From assembly GCA_027492205.1 (NCBI GenBank), contig JAOZFN010000011.1, forward strand, positions 1 through 64,000: a stretch of 64,000 bases of DNA. The letters are read 5' to 3'. Below the pieces are notes generated by a model. The model saw nothing but the letters and a program-made list of their open reading frames with translations, made no database searches and was not told the origin of the DNA. Of the stretch, positions 17,396 through 26,692 are shown piece by piece (position 1 is the stretch's first letter; each line of letters begins with the position of its first letter). The position numbers and the translations under genes are program-made. Origin of the DNA: Thermoproteota archaeon. Lineage in GTDB: Archaea > Korarchaeota > Korarchaeia > Korarchaeales > Korarchaeaceae.

Positions 17396-17647
17396 TCAGC
17401 GGACCCTCGACAGGACCTCCCAGACCCCCCTGGGGAGCAGGACCAGCACCTCTCCGCCACCCACACCGACCTCCGCCAGCGTGAAGGCCTCCGGGAGCGC
17501 GGCCTCTCCCCTGGTCAGGACGTACCCCTCGGGCCTCAGGCCCAGGGCGGCGCAGGCCTCGTCCTTGACCGACCGCACCGTGGCGTCGGGCTCGACTTCG
17601 AGGGTGACCTCCATCCCCCTCCCCGGGTCCACGACCTTGATCTCCAC
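17396..17647 (-). CDS. Stand-alone ubiquitin-like (beta-grasp) protein
   Basis: VEIKV...VTLEVEPDATVRSVK...LGLRP...L...TLAEVGV...LVLLPR aligns almost gap-free with ubiquitin (ITLEVEPSDTIENVK...). Confidence 0.78.
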   Translation of the reverse strand: MEIKVVDPGRGMEVTLEVEPDATVRSVKDEACAALGLRPEGYVLTRGEAALPEAFTLAEVGVGGGEVLVLLPRGVWEVLSRVR

Positions 17648-17801
17648 CGGTCGCACCGGTGGGCGGGTGAATATTTCGTCTGCGCCCGAAGGCGCGTGGT
17701 CCGGTGGCGGCATCAATGGGCGTCGGCGGCCGGCGCGTGGCCGCAGGCGGCCGGGGCCCGGGGACAAGGAAATAAGGTCTCCGAGTCGGGGGAGCTGGGG
17801 G

Positions 17802-18425
17802 GTGACGCTGGCGCCCGTGAACGACCGCCGAGCGCGGGGGGCGGGGGATCCCCGCCGGGGCATAGCCCCGGACGTGATGGAGCTGATTCTGGGCAGGGCG
17901 CACAGGTTGAGCGAGAGGTGGCGGGCGGCCTCTCGCCTGGCCGAGTCGATAGGCCTCAGTCGAGAGCTGCCGAGGCCTTCGGGCGGAGATTCCTATACCC
18001 CGGTCGTGCTGGATTCCTCCGCGGCCTTCCGCCTCGTCCTGCCGCCAGAGCCTCGCTTTGCCGAGGGCGCGGCGCGACTGCTCGGGGACATAGCCTCGGG
18101 AGTGGTTGAGCCAATCTCCCCGACGCCGCTGATCTACGACGTGGGAGAGTACCTGGCCTCCGCCGCCATGCTCGGCGAGATCACGGCGGAGGCGGCTGCA
18201 GAGAGGCTCGAGGACCTCTCACATCTGGTGAGCCTGTTCTCCCCCGACATGCCCCACCTCAGGTTGGCGATCGACTGGAGCGTCTCCGCAGGTATCTCCC
18301 TGAGATCTGGGGTGTACGTGGCCGCCGCCGTCTCGTCGGGGTATCCGCTGATCACCGCAGACGACGTGGTCTTCGACGCCGCCTCCGACGTCGAGGTGAT
18401 CCACCTCAAAGACTACGGGAGCTGA
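17802..18425 (+). CDS. PIN-domain protein with N-terminal extension and degenerate active site
   Basis: VVLDSS, IYDV, LRSGVY (in place of YDxxY), ITAD. Start uncertain (GTG 17802 or ATG 17877). Confidence 0.75.
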   Translation: MTLAPVNDRRARGAGDPRRGIAPDVMELILGRAHRLSERWRAASRLAESIGLSRELPRPSGGDSYTPVVLDSSAAFRLVLPPEPRFAEGAARLLGDIASGVVEPISPTPLIYDVGEYLASAAMLGEITAEAAAERLEDLSHLVSLFSPDMPHLRLAIDWSVSAGISLRSGVYVAAAVSSGYPLITADDVVFDAASDVEVIHLKDYGS

Positions 18426-18599
18426 GGCGGCCCGCTCACCGGACCGAGTGGGGTCTCACCTTCCACGACGTCCCCGTTCCCCGAGGCCTCATTTTTCTAT
18501 GGACCTCAGGCGAGCCTCAGATGGCCGGGCCGCGAACTCCCGGGCACCCGACCGACCGGCCGCCGCTCTCGTTGGCTGGGATCGTCGCCCGATGAACTC

Positions 18600-19105
18600 T
18601 CACCCCAATTCGACGAGTTCCCTCACCCCGACAGGGTCGTCGGCGATGACGTAGTCGAAGTAGCCCATCAGCCTCGGGAGGTCGAGAGCTCGTCCGCCTC
18701 GTAGCTCCAGAAACCTATCTTCAACCCGATGAGCCGGGCCCACCTGACCAGCAGCTTGAAGATCGGCATGCTCATGCGATTCACGCCGTCCAGCGGGACG
18801 GCCACCGGATCCTTCACGTCCGCGTTGAGCGTACACCCCTGCTCTCGGACACGTCGAGCATCTCCCCCACGGTGGGGATCAGCTCGCCGATGGGGTGAAA
18901 GGGCGCGGAGCTCCAGGAGGCTCACGTCCTTCACGCGGTAAGTCTTCCCACCCGACGTGAACTCTTGGTCGTAGAGCACCACGAGCCTACCATCCCCGGT
19001 CAACCACACGTCGAACTCGACGCCGAACCCGTGCTCTACCGCCCTCTCGAAGGCTGTGATGGTGTTGCGGGGCTCTCCCATCCCTCTGTGAGCTATTATC
19101 AGCAT
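18600..19105 (-). pseudogene. Glycerophosphodiester phosphodiesterase remnant
   Basis: IIAHRG, NTITAF, VEFDVWLT.DG.LVV; frameshifts and a missing middle; C-terminal FDYVIADDP lies in another frame. Confidence 0.8.
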
Positions 19106-19136
19106 GCCGCCTCGCCTTCCGGTGGAACGCGGCGAG

Positions 19137-19481
19137 CTACCAAACCTTTGCTCCGACCGGCACCCCCTCTCCGACCTCTATCAGGTGGACCCTCCCGGAC
19201 TCCTCCTCCGCCACCACCAGCATGCCCCTGCTCTCGACGCCCATGAGCCTCTTGGGCTTGAGGTTGAGGACGAAGATCATCTTCTTGCCCACGAAGTCCT
19301 CCGGGCCGTACTGATCCCCAACCCCCGCCACGATGGTCCTGGACTCTCCCCCGAAGTCCACCTCCAGCCTGATCAGCTTCCTCGACTTGGGGATCCTCTC
19401 CGCAGACCTGATCAGGCCGACCCTCACGTCGAACTTCCAGAACTCCTCGACGTCAAACAGCTCGGACATCCAGCCTTCCAC
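19137..19481 (-). CDS. tRNA-binding OB-fold protein (Trbp111/CsaA/MetRS C-terminal-like)
   Basis: DVRVG.I..AE, KLIRLEVDFG, RTIVAG, NLKPKRLMGVESRGM. Confidence 0.93.
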   Translation of the reverse strand: MEGWMSELFDVEEFWKFDVRVGLIRSAERIPKSRKLIRLEVDFGGESRTIVAGVGDQYGPEDFVGKKMIFVLNLKPKRLMGVESRGMLVVAEEESGRVHLIEVGEGVPVGAKVW

Positions 19482-19577
19482 TCGCGAAATAATAAGGCGT
19501 TTCTCTGGGCGGCGTCAGGGACTGAAGGCGAGGCCCTCGTCGAACAGTTGCCTCAGGCGAAAATCCCTGGGCGCAGG

Positions 19578-20763
19578 TCACGTCACCTCGGGGCCGACTA
19601 CCTGCGCGATCTCCGTTAGCCCGCTCATCTTCCCGTAGAGACCCAAGACCTTCCAGACGTTCTTCTCGATCGTGAACTTAAACCTCGACTCCAACGCCCT
19701 CTCTTTGATCTCTCGAGGCCCCTCTCCCTCCAGCCAGCGAGCCAGCTCGTCCACGTCGCCGAAGGTGAAGCCAACTCCGTGCACCTCCACGAACTCCTTG
19801 ATCGTCTTGTGGGGGAAGGCGAGCACGGGGAGACCGCAGACCACGTACTCGAGCACCTTGTTTGGGAGGGCCACGTCCACATGCCTCCAGTTCTTCTCGT
19901 TGGAGTTGAAGCCGGCCCAGCCGAAGTCGTACTGCGTTATCTCTTCCAGGAGCTTTCTCCTCTCTCGATATCCGTGGTAGTGAATCGGGATGTTCTCCTC
20001 AGCGAGCTCCCGGTAGGTAGCGTCCTTCCTGCTGATTCCCGACGGGTATATGTGGACGTGAATCCCCCTCTCAACCAGGCTCTTGAAGATGTCCACCAGA
20101 TAGTACTGGCTGTCTCTCTTCAGGCCCGTCAGCGTCCCTATGTAGACGATATGAACTCCACCGTGTCTCTCGGAGAGCTTAGACCTCAGGTCTCTCGGGA
20201 TGACAGACTCGGACACGTAGCTGGGGAAGACGAGGTCCCCCTCGGGATCCATGTCATATCTGTGTTGAATGTATTCCCTCATGCCCTCAGAGACGTAGAT
20301 CCTGGCGTCGCTCCCCTCAATGGCGATCTTCTCCTCCCTGGGGTAGACCCCCAGGATCTTTCTCTCATTGTCATCGACGTAGTATCCGGTTGTTCTGAGC
20401 GAGAGGGCCTCGTGGCAGTCGTGTATGATGGGGACGGAGCCGCCAACGGCCTCTATGGCTGCGACGGTCAGGAAGTCGGGAGCGTTGTGGCTGTGTATCA
20501 GGTGAGGCCTGTACTTCTCCACCAATCCCCCTATGGAGCCCTCGAGATTCTCTGGATCGAGCTTCTCGAGGGAGTCAAAGAACCTCATCTCCGTAGCCGT
20601 AGAGTTCGCTCAGCCTGTAATGCATGTAACCGAAGACTAGCTTGACCCTGTCCCTCAGGGCCCACCTGAGCCCCTTCGCGTACTTCAAGGCACGCACGCA
20701 AGGCTGAGGCTGTAGGAACAGAACTCTAAGATCGCTGGAATTCTCACGCGAAACCGATCCCAC
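19578..20763 (-). pseudogene. GT-B (GT4-like) glycosyltransferase with +1 frameshift at ~20583
   Basis: N-part RVLFLQPQPCVRALKYA (ORF 20575-20763); body LIHSHNAPD...IHDCHE...LPNKVLEY...GLPV (ORF 19578-20588). Confidence 0.8.
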
Positions 20764-20791
20764 GTAAAAGGCCCAAGAAAACGCCCTGTCC

Positions 20792-20808
20792 TTTGATTTT
20801 AAATCAAA
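20792..20808. promoter_or_regulatory. Palindromic operator-like site over the TATA box of the glycosyltransferase gene
   Basis: TTTGATTT-T-AAATCAAA, ~30 bp upstream of start 20763. Confidence 0.5.
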
Positions 20809-20895
20809 TCTCCTTGAATCACGGGGGCTCGAGTCGAATCTCAGCCTGCAGTGTGGAGATTTCCGACTGCCGGAATCGCATAGAACCCGTCTTCC

Positions 20896-21774
20896 CTATC
20901 GAGTTGACGCCAGGGCTTCTAAGAACCTCCTAGCGTGCCTCCTCACGTCTTCCATGCTCATAACCGCTACCTCCTCCAGGCTCATCCTGCCCTCGAGGGA
21001 CTTCACGAACTCGTGACCCAGGTAGTAGCCCACCTGGCTCCTGCCCTCCACGCTCAGCCAGGAGCCGAAGAAGTCATTGACAGGTTCATTCTCCTCCACC
21101 CTCCTCAGGTACTCAGACGCCAAGAAGCCCAGGTTGTCCCCGCACCACTCAAGCCAGGACTCGTCAGGGGCGATCCTCCACACCTCTCCGCCGAGTATCA
21201 GGTGCTCGCACCTGGTGGCGAAGCCCTCGCTGTACAGCAGGAAGAGCGGGTCAGCTTCGAGCCCCTCAAATTCCTTGGCTGAGACGCCTCTCAGGACCAT
21301 GTGGGCTATGTGCGAAAGCTCGTGCAGGATCAGCCCCTCTAGGTCTCCTTTGCTCTGCCACTCCAGCTCCGCTATGTTCTCGAGTCCCAGCAGCACTGCG
21401 TAGCGTCCGCCGTACTCTGTCGCCCAGCCTGCGCCGCAGCCGATCCCCACGTAGATGACGAAGGTCACGTCAAAATCCCGCTTCCAGAAGTCCACAAACT
21501 TCTTGAACGCCCCTGGGATCACTTCAAGGAGGTTCTGCCAGGCCTCCTCCATTAGTGGGAGCATGTTCTTGAGCCCTGGGAAGATTCGCTCTCCGGCAAT
21601 CTCCCTCCAATCGATCCCCATGTCCTCGTAGTTCTTCACCTGCAGCCAGAGGAGTTCAGGGAACCTGGACATGTAGTCCTTCTCCCACGCCTCTACTAGG
21701 CGGTCTGGGCTCGACCCTGCCCGCTCCCACCACTCCTTGAAAGTGGGATAGGCGTCGACGATCGTGTAGGGCAT
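20896..21774 (-). CDS. DUF2268-like Zn-dependent metallopeptidase
   Basis: HELSH, SEGFA, GYYLG. Confidence 0.75.
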   Translation of the reverse strand: MPYTIVDAYPTFKEWWERAGSSPDRLVEAWEKDYMSRFPELLWLQVKNYEDMGIDWREIAGERIFPGLKNMLPLMEEAWQNLLEVIPGAFKKFVDFWKRDFDVTFVIYVGIGCGAGWATEYGGRYAVLLGLENIAELEWQSKGDLEGLILHELSHIAHMVLRGVSAKEFEGLEADPLFLLYSEGFATRCEHLILGGEVWRIAPDESWLEWCGDNLGFLASEYLRRVEENEPVNDFFGSWLSVEGRSQVGYYLGHEFVKSLEGRMSLEEVAVMSMEDVRRHARRFLEALASTR

Positions 21775-22029
21775 TGACTCCCAGCCTCAAGCCCGTTCTC
21801 TCTGTGAGGTTATTTATCGCGCACCTCGGGGCCCATCTGGGCGCCGCAAGAGCCGCCGGCTGTTGGCCTGCACAGGCCCCCGCAGGAGAATCACGAACCT
21901 GAAGGTGTGCCCCTGGTGCTCCGCGGGTATCCCAGAACCCTCTGGAAGCACTCTCGGATCTCGCCAGAAGTAGCCCGATCCCTCCCGGCACGTTCCCCCT
22001 CTGATTCCAGGAGAGACATCGCGATCAGC

Positions 22030-22488
22030 CTAGTCGCCCCCGGACAGGAGGGCTGAGAGCGCTCCAGCCACCAGCACGATGGGCAACATCACCAGGAGCC
22101 CAACGAGCGCATCTCCGACTCCCACTAGGATGATGGCGTTCGCGAGCACGCGGTTGCTCACTCTGAAGGCAGGAGCAGAGTTTACAACGGCCTCAGCGAC
22201 GAGAGCTCCGACAGAGAATGTCAAGACCCTCAGCGTGGCCTCCTTCACTCCCGACCCCCAGCACGCGGCGAGCACCGAGACGAGCGTGACGGAGACGGGT
22301 ACGTAGGAGGGCAGCACGCCCTCCCCGGTCCACGCCATCAGCAGGCCGGCCAGGGCCCCGAGCGCCAGCGCCAAGATTATCCGGAGTGTCCTCTTGAAGT
22401 CGCCAGCGCACAGAGGGGACTGAGCCTCGCCCGCGATCACCTCAGGCATTCCTCTGGCCGAGATCTTAAGCGTCACGTCCAGGTCCAC
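22030..22488 (-). CDS. Hypothetical 4-TM membrane protein
   Basis: Four hydrophobic segments; downstream of the ABC genes. Confidence 0.55.
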   Translation of the reverse strand: MDLDVTLKISARGMPEVIAGEAQSPLCAGDFKRTLRIILALALGALAGLLMAWTGEGVLPSYVPVSVTLVSVLAACWGSGVKEATLRVLTFSVGALVAEAVVNSAPAFRVSNRVLANAIILVGVGDALVGLLVMLPIVLVAGALSALLSGGD

Positions 22489-22529
22489 GCGAGTCAGCGA
22501 TCCTCGGCCCCGCTACCCCGACGTCTGCG

Positions 22530-24176
22530 CTACGAGGCGAGGTCGAACACCCTTATGGCCCCCGCCAGCGCCTTCTTCGAGGCCTCGTGGAGCAGCCAGG
22601 ACAGGCCGAGCGAGGCCGCCACCACGAGCGCGGTCGTCTGGGGCGTGAGCCGCGGTAGGAGGACCTCCTTGAAGAGGAACGTCGCCAGCATGTACGCGGG
22701 CACCACTATTAGCGCGACCACGAGCAGGGCGATGTCCTCGAACATGTAGAGGCCGGTGGGCATCCGCCTGACGATCCTCCTCTTCGAGGCCAGGTAGCTC
22801 GTCGACACCAGCAGGAGGAGCACCACGAAGACCGTTATTGGGAGCACCACCAGCGGCTGGAGCAGGGCCAGGGGCTCCCTCACGATCAGGGATTCGAAGA
22901 CCCCGAGTACCAGGAAGGCCTCCGAGAGGTAGACCGTGTACTTCAGGAGCAGCCCGGACGCGAGGGGTACTAGGTCGAGGGCGTACACCCTCAGCACCCA
23001 CATGGCCGCCAGGTCCCTGGCCATGATGGAGCCGACGAGGAATATGGCCATCTCCGCCACCACGAGAGGGGTAACGAGGGACACGGCGACGGAGGCGGCG
23101 CCCAGCTCGAGGCCGAACCTGGGGCCGACGCGGAGCATGGCGAGGCCGGCCACGCCGGAGGCCGCCAGGGCGATCGCCAGGTTCCTCAGGTGAACTGGGC
23201 TCAGCACCTCCAGGCTGAAGGCGAACCTGAACAGCGAGGCGCCTGGGTCAGGAGAGTAGAGCGAGATTTCCTTCCTCCCGCCCTTGGATCTCGCCTCCCT
23301 CGCCAGCTCCGAGATCGGCCTCACGAACTCTGGCGGCACCAGGTCGGCCAGGCGAATCGTGACGGCTTCGATGGCCAACAGGATCGAGACGCTCAGACCC
23401 CAGCCGATGAGAACCTCCCTCACCCCCTCGGTGATCGTGACACAGTGAACCAGCGCCTCGGCGAGAGGCTTGAAGGGGAGGGATAGCAGGGGCGAGATCT
23501 GCCAGGTCAAGAGAGAGTGCGCCGCCCCTACTGAATAGTAGGCGGCGGCGCCCAGGCGAAGGAGTCGCTCCCTCTCCTCCGCCAGTATCCTGACCACGTT
23601 GACCAGCGTTGAGAGGGCCGATAGGAAGGCCACGGCCGTGAACATGGTCACCGGGAAGAGGAGGGCCTTCGTCATGTTTCCGCCGGAGAGTTCGTAGGCG
23701 ATGGGGAGGAATCCGAAGTAGGGCAGGCTCATCAGCGACATCTGCGCTAGCTCTGCGATCTCCCTCCCCAGGAAGTAGGTGCTCAGTTCCATGGGCTGGG
23801 CCAGCAGGAGTTCGTACTCCGCCTCCTCCATGACCCGGATGGCGGCCGTCCCGACGGTCAACATGAGCAGGAGGGAGAGCGCGAACATCGCGCCCAGGGC
23901 CGAGATTGCGTCCCCCTTGTCTATCCCGGCTTGGAGGAGCGCCTCCCTAATGGACCAGCCTAGGCCCGGCTCCTCGCCCGTCTGGTTGGCCTCGGCTTCG
24001 GGCTGGCTCGGGGAGAGGGAGAAGGCGACGGCGGCCAGAATTCCAGCGGCGACGCATACGATCAGGAAAGCGAGGACGGCCGTCTTGAACCTCTTGACGA
24101 ACGGGTTGAGCACGTAGTTCTTGAAGAGGTACTTGGCCACCGTTAGGGACTTCCTCGCATCCATCTCCTCATTCAC
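22530..24176 (-). CDS. ABC exporter permease (ABC-2-like, ~12 TM)
   Basis: Polytopic membrane protein, ELLLAQP motif; overlaps the ABC ATPase. Confidence 0.8.
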   Translation of the reverse strand: MNEEMDARKSLTVAKYLFKNYVLNPFVKRFKTAVLAFLIVCVAAGILAAVAFSLSPSQPEAEANQTGEEPGLGWSIREALLQAGIDKGDAISALGAMFALSLLLMLTVGTAAIRVMEEAEYELLLAQPMELSTYFLGREIAELAQMSLMSLPYFGFLPIAYELSGGNMTKALLFPVTMFTAVAFLSALSTLVNVVRILAEERERLLRLGAAAYYSVGAAHSLLTWQISPLLSLPFKPLAEALVHCVTITEGVREVLIGWGLSVSILLAIEAVTIRLADLVPPEFVRPISELAREARSKGGRKEISLYSPDPGASLFRFAFSLEVLSPVHLRNLAIALAASGVAGLAMLRVGPRFGLELGAASVAVSLVTPLVVAEMAIFLVGSIMARDLAAMWVLRVYALDLVPLASGLLLKYTVYLSEAFLVLGVFESLIVREPLALLQPLVVLPITVFVVLLLLVSTSYLASKRRIVRRMPTGLYMFEDIALLVVALIVVPAYMLATFLFKEVLLPRLTPQTTALVVAASLGLSWLLHEASKKALAGAIRVFDLAS

Positions 24177-24900
24177 CCACGATCCTCAGGAACACCTCCT
24201 CAAGCGTCGCCTCCTCTCCCGATTCTGCCCTACTCTTCACTTCCTCGACCGTGCCCTCGGCCACGAGCACCCCCTCGTTGATTATTCCCACCCTCGTGCA
24301 GAACCTCTCCACCATGTCGAGCAGGTGGCTTGAGATCAGGGCTGTTACTCCTTGGGACGTCATCCTCCTGACCTCCTCCTTGAAGGCGTGCTGGGCCTCC
24401 GGGTCCATCCCGGCCATCGGCTCATCCATCACCAAGACCCTCGGCCTCACCATGAAGGCCGCCGAGACCAGCACCTTCTGGATCATGCCTCGAGACAGGT
24501 TCCCCAGCAGCTCGTCTCTCTTTTCGCTCAGCCCAAAGAGGCTGAGGTAGCGGTCGATCGCCTCGTGGACATCATCCTCGCCCAGCCTCCTCAGGGCACC
24601 CACGAACTCAAGAAACTCCCTCACCGTCAGGTTCTGAAAGCAGACGGGATTCTCGGGGACATAGCCGACCGCCTCTAGGGCCCTGACCCTATCCCTCACG
24701 ACGTCGTGGCCGCAGATCCTGGCCACCCCGGCGTCGGGCGTCAGGAGGCCGACCAGTATCTTGAGAGTCGTCGTCTTCCCGGCGCCGTTGGGTCCAAGGA
24801 GTCCGTAGATCTCTCCCTCCCTCACGGAAAAGGTGAGCCCCCTCAGAGCCTCCGTCCTGCCGTATCGCTTGATGAGACCAGAGACCTCGATCGGGCGCAT
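24169..24900 (-). CDS. ABC transporter ATP-binding protein
   Basis: GPNGAGKT, LSRGM, VMDEP, SSH. Confidence 0.96.
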   Translation of the reverse strand: MRPIEVSGLIKRYGRTEALRGLTFSVREGEIYGLLGPNGAGKTTTLKILVGLLTPDAGVARICGHDVVRDRVRALEAVGYVPENPVCFQNLTVREFLEFVGALRRLGEDDVHEAIDRYLSLFGLSEKRDELLGNLSRGMIQKVLVSAAFMVRPRVLVMDEPMAGMDPEAQHAFKEEVRRMTSQGVTALISSHLLDMVERFCTRVGIINEGVLVAEGTVEEVKSRAESGEEATLEEVFLRIVGE

Positions 24901-25184
24901 TTCTCCACTCCTGAACGCCTCAGTCCCGGGGTTTTAACCTTGTTCCGCTCCACCCACCTCCGCTCAAGACGCCCCCTCATCCTCGCCTCTACCCTGGAGG
25001 GAAAGGGCTGGCAGGCCGACTCGACTCTCCCCAAGCAGTCAAGCTCGAGCCTGACCTCCATGTGGGGAAGGACCGCGATCGCGGCCGCAGATCCTCGGGG
25101 AGGAAATTGCTGATTGCGACGTGGAGGGCGCCGCCTGATCTCAGGCTCAAGGCTCCTCAGCGCCCTTGCGCTTTAGAGTTTAAC

Positions 25185-25469
25185 TCAGACGTCAGTAGAC
25201 GCCCTAGAGCGACTCCCCTCGAAGAAGGCCCGCTCCAGCTCGGCCACCCTCAGGGCCAGGCCCACGATGACCCCGAGCAGGGCGACCTCCCAGGCGTCCG
25301 TGGGGAACTCGGGGCCCGAGCCGAAGGCGTCCAGCAGGATCTCCCCTCCCTCCAGCAGCCTCTCGAGCTCCCTCCTAATCCTGGGGTCGCGCTCCGCCCT
25401 CGCGACCCTCCGGAGCCTCTCCAGCTCCCTCCTCACAGCCACTCTGAGAGTCGGGGCAGACCTTCCCAA
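25185..25469 (-). CDS. Small helical protein of the PolB2 operon (arCOG07300-like)
   Basis: MGRSAPTLR N-terminus, overlap with the RadA-like gene, PolB2 context. Confidence 0.72.
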   Translation of the reverse strand: MGRSAPTLRVAVRRELERLRRVARAERDPRIRRELERLLEGGEILLDAFGSGPEFPTDAWEVALLGVIVGLALRVAELERAFFEGSRSRASTDV

Positions 25470-26098
25470 GGCGACGCGCCCCCCAGCTCCCCCACGGTCA
25501 GCCACTCCGAGGCCGGGGGCCTGGACGGGTGCTTGACCAGCGTGGCCCTCACCAGCCCCCTGGGGCGCGGGTCCAGCCTCACGGCGGCGTGGATCGAGTG
25601 GGCGTGGTAGGTTCCGCCCAGGGGCGACCACCCCCGCCCGTCGAGGGAGCACCTGTTGAACGAGACCACGGTCCTGTCCGCGGCCAGCTCTCTGAGCGCC
25701 TGGGTCAGGCGCGTGGCCGTCCAGGCCTCCCGCCAGTCCACGTGCAGGTAGGGGTCGAAGACCAGGGCGAACTCCGACTCCTCTCGGGACGCCCTTGAGA
25801 GCAGGTCGAGGGCGTCCTCGAGCTTGAACGCCCGGGCCACCATGAGGTTCTCCCCCACCGCCCGCCAGTCCGCGCCGAGCCTCCTGGCCATGGACCTGAG
25901 CATGTAGGGGTCCAGGCCGCCGAAGTCCTGCACGTGGACCGCCAGCGTCCTCCCCCTGGCCGAGGCCATCACCGCTATCCTGTGGTAGAGTAGGCCGACG
26001 ATCCTGACGCTGGGGGAGTAGAACTCGGTCAGCGAGCGCTCCTCGATCCCCCCGCCGAGCAGCCTGTCGAGTCCCTCCACGCCCGTCCTCACGATCAC
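25433..26098 (-). CDS. Inactivated RadA/RecA-like protein of the PolB2 operon
   Basis: TGVEGLDRLLGGGI...TEFY with degenerate Walker A; GGLDPY, VARAF, LGG.YHAH, LVKHP. Confidence 0.82.
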   Translation of the reverse strand: MIVRTGVEGLDRLLGGGIEERSLTEFYSPSVRIVGLLYHRIAVMASARGRTLAVHVQDFGGLDPYMLRSMARRLGADWRAVGENLMVARAFKLEDALDLLSRASREESEFALVFDPYLHVDWREAWTATRLTQALRELAADRTVVSFNRCSLDGRGWSPLGGTYHAHSIHAAVRLDPRPRGLVRATLVKHPSRPPASEWLTVGELGGASPWEGLPRLSEWL

Positions 26099-26199
26099 CC
26101 CGGCGCGCCCGCCGGCTGAGGCGAGGGGGAGCATCCCCCCAACTCCCGGGGGACGCGAGAAAAGTAAACCGGGGTCGGGGGTCACCGGTATCCCGTGGG

Positions 26200-26208
26200 G
26201 AAAGTTTC
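26200..26208 (-). promoter_or_regulatory. GAAACTTTC motif upstream of the RadA-like gene
   Basis: Same 9-mer, in gene orientation, upstream of PolB2 (26617-26625); contains ANTTTC. Confidence 0.5.
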
Positions 26209-26280
26209 GGCCCCCGGGGGCGCGCCGACGCGGCGATCCCGCGGGGACCCTTTTAACCGGACGGCGGGTCAAGCTGACGG

Positions 26281-26600
26281 ATGTTTCTCCTGAGGGGGAG
26301 GTTGGCACCAGAGAAGGCCTCCGAAAGGCTCTCCAAGGTTCCGGGGGCGCTGAGGCTCGTGCTGTTCGGCAGCTCGGCCAGGGGGGCGCTGGGCCGGAGA
26401 GCGACCTCGACCTGATGCTGGTCGTGGAGGAAGGCCTCCTACCCAGGGCCCGAGCGGAGGCGTCCGAGGCGGCGGATGTCTACGCGGACACCGGGGTGTC
26501 GGTGACCGTGCTCGTGGTGTCGGGGGGTCTCGGAGGCCCGCTGGGAGGTGATCAGAAGGGCGAGGGAGGAGGGCGTGGTGATACGGACCAGCCGACCGAG
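26281..26600 (+). pseudogene. MNT nucleotidyltransferase remnant
   Basis: LVLFGSSARG, then a frameshift in the G6 run (26381-26386), then ESDLDLMLVV. 3' end approximate. Confidence 0.72.
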
Positions 26601-26616
26601 GCGAGGTCCCTCGCCG

Positions 26617-26625
26617 GAAACTTTC
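26617..26625 (+). promoter_or_regulatory. GAAACTTTC motif upstream of PolB2
   Basis: Mirror of the 26200-26208 site. Confidence 0.5.
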
Positions 26626-26692
26626 GCCGGAACCAGCCCAGGATCTCAGGGCCCGATTTCCTAATCTTCTCCTGGGGGCCGTCGCGCCAGGC

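Noticed and set aside
16917-17801. 502-aa ORF as a large PIN fusion
   Set aside because: The upstream part overlaps paralog B and the UBL antisense; only the last ~200 aa look like a real protein.
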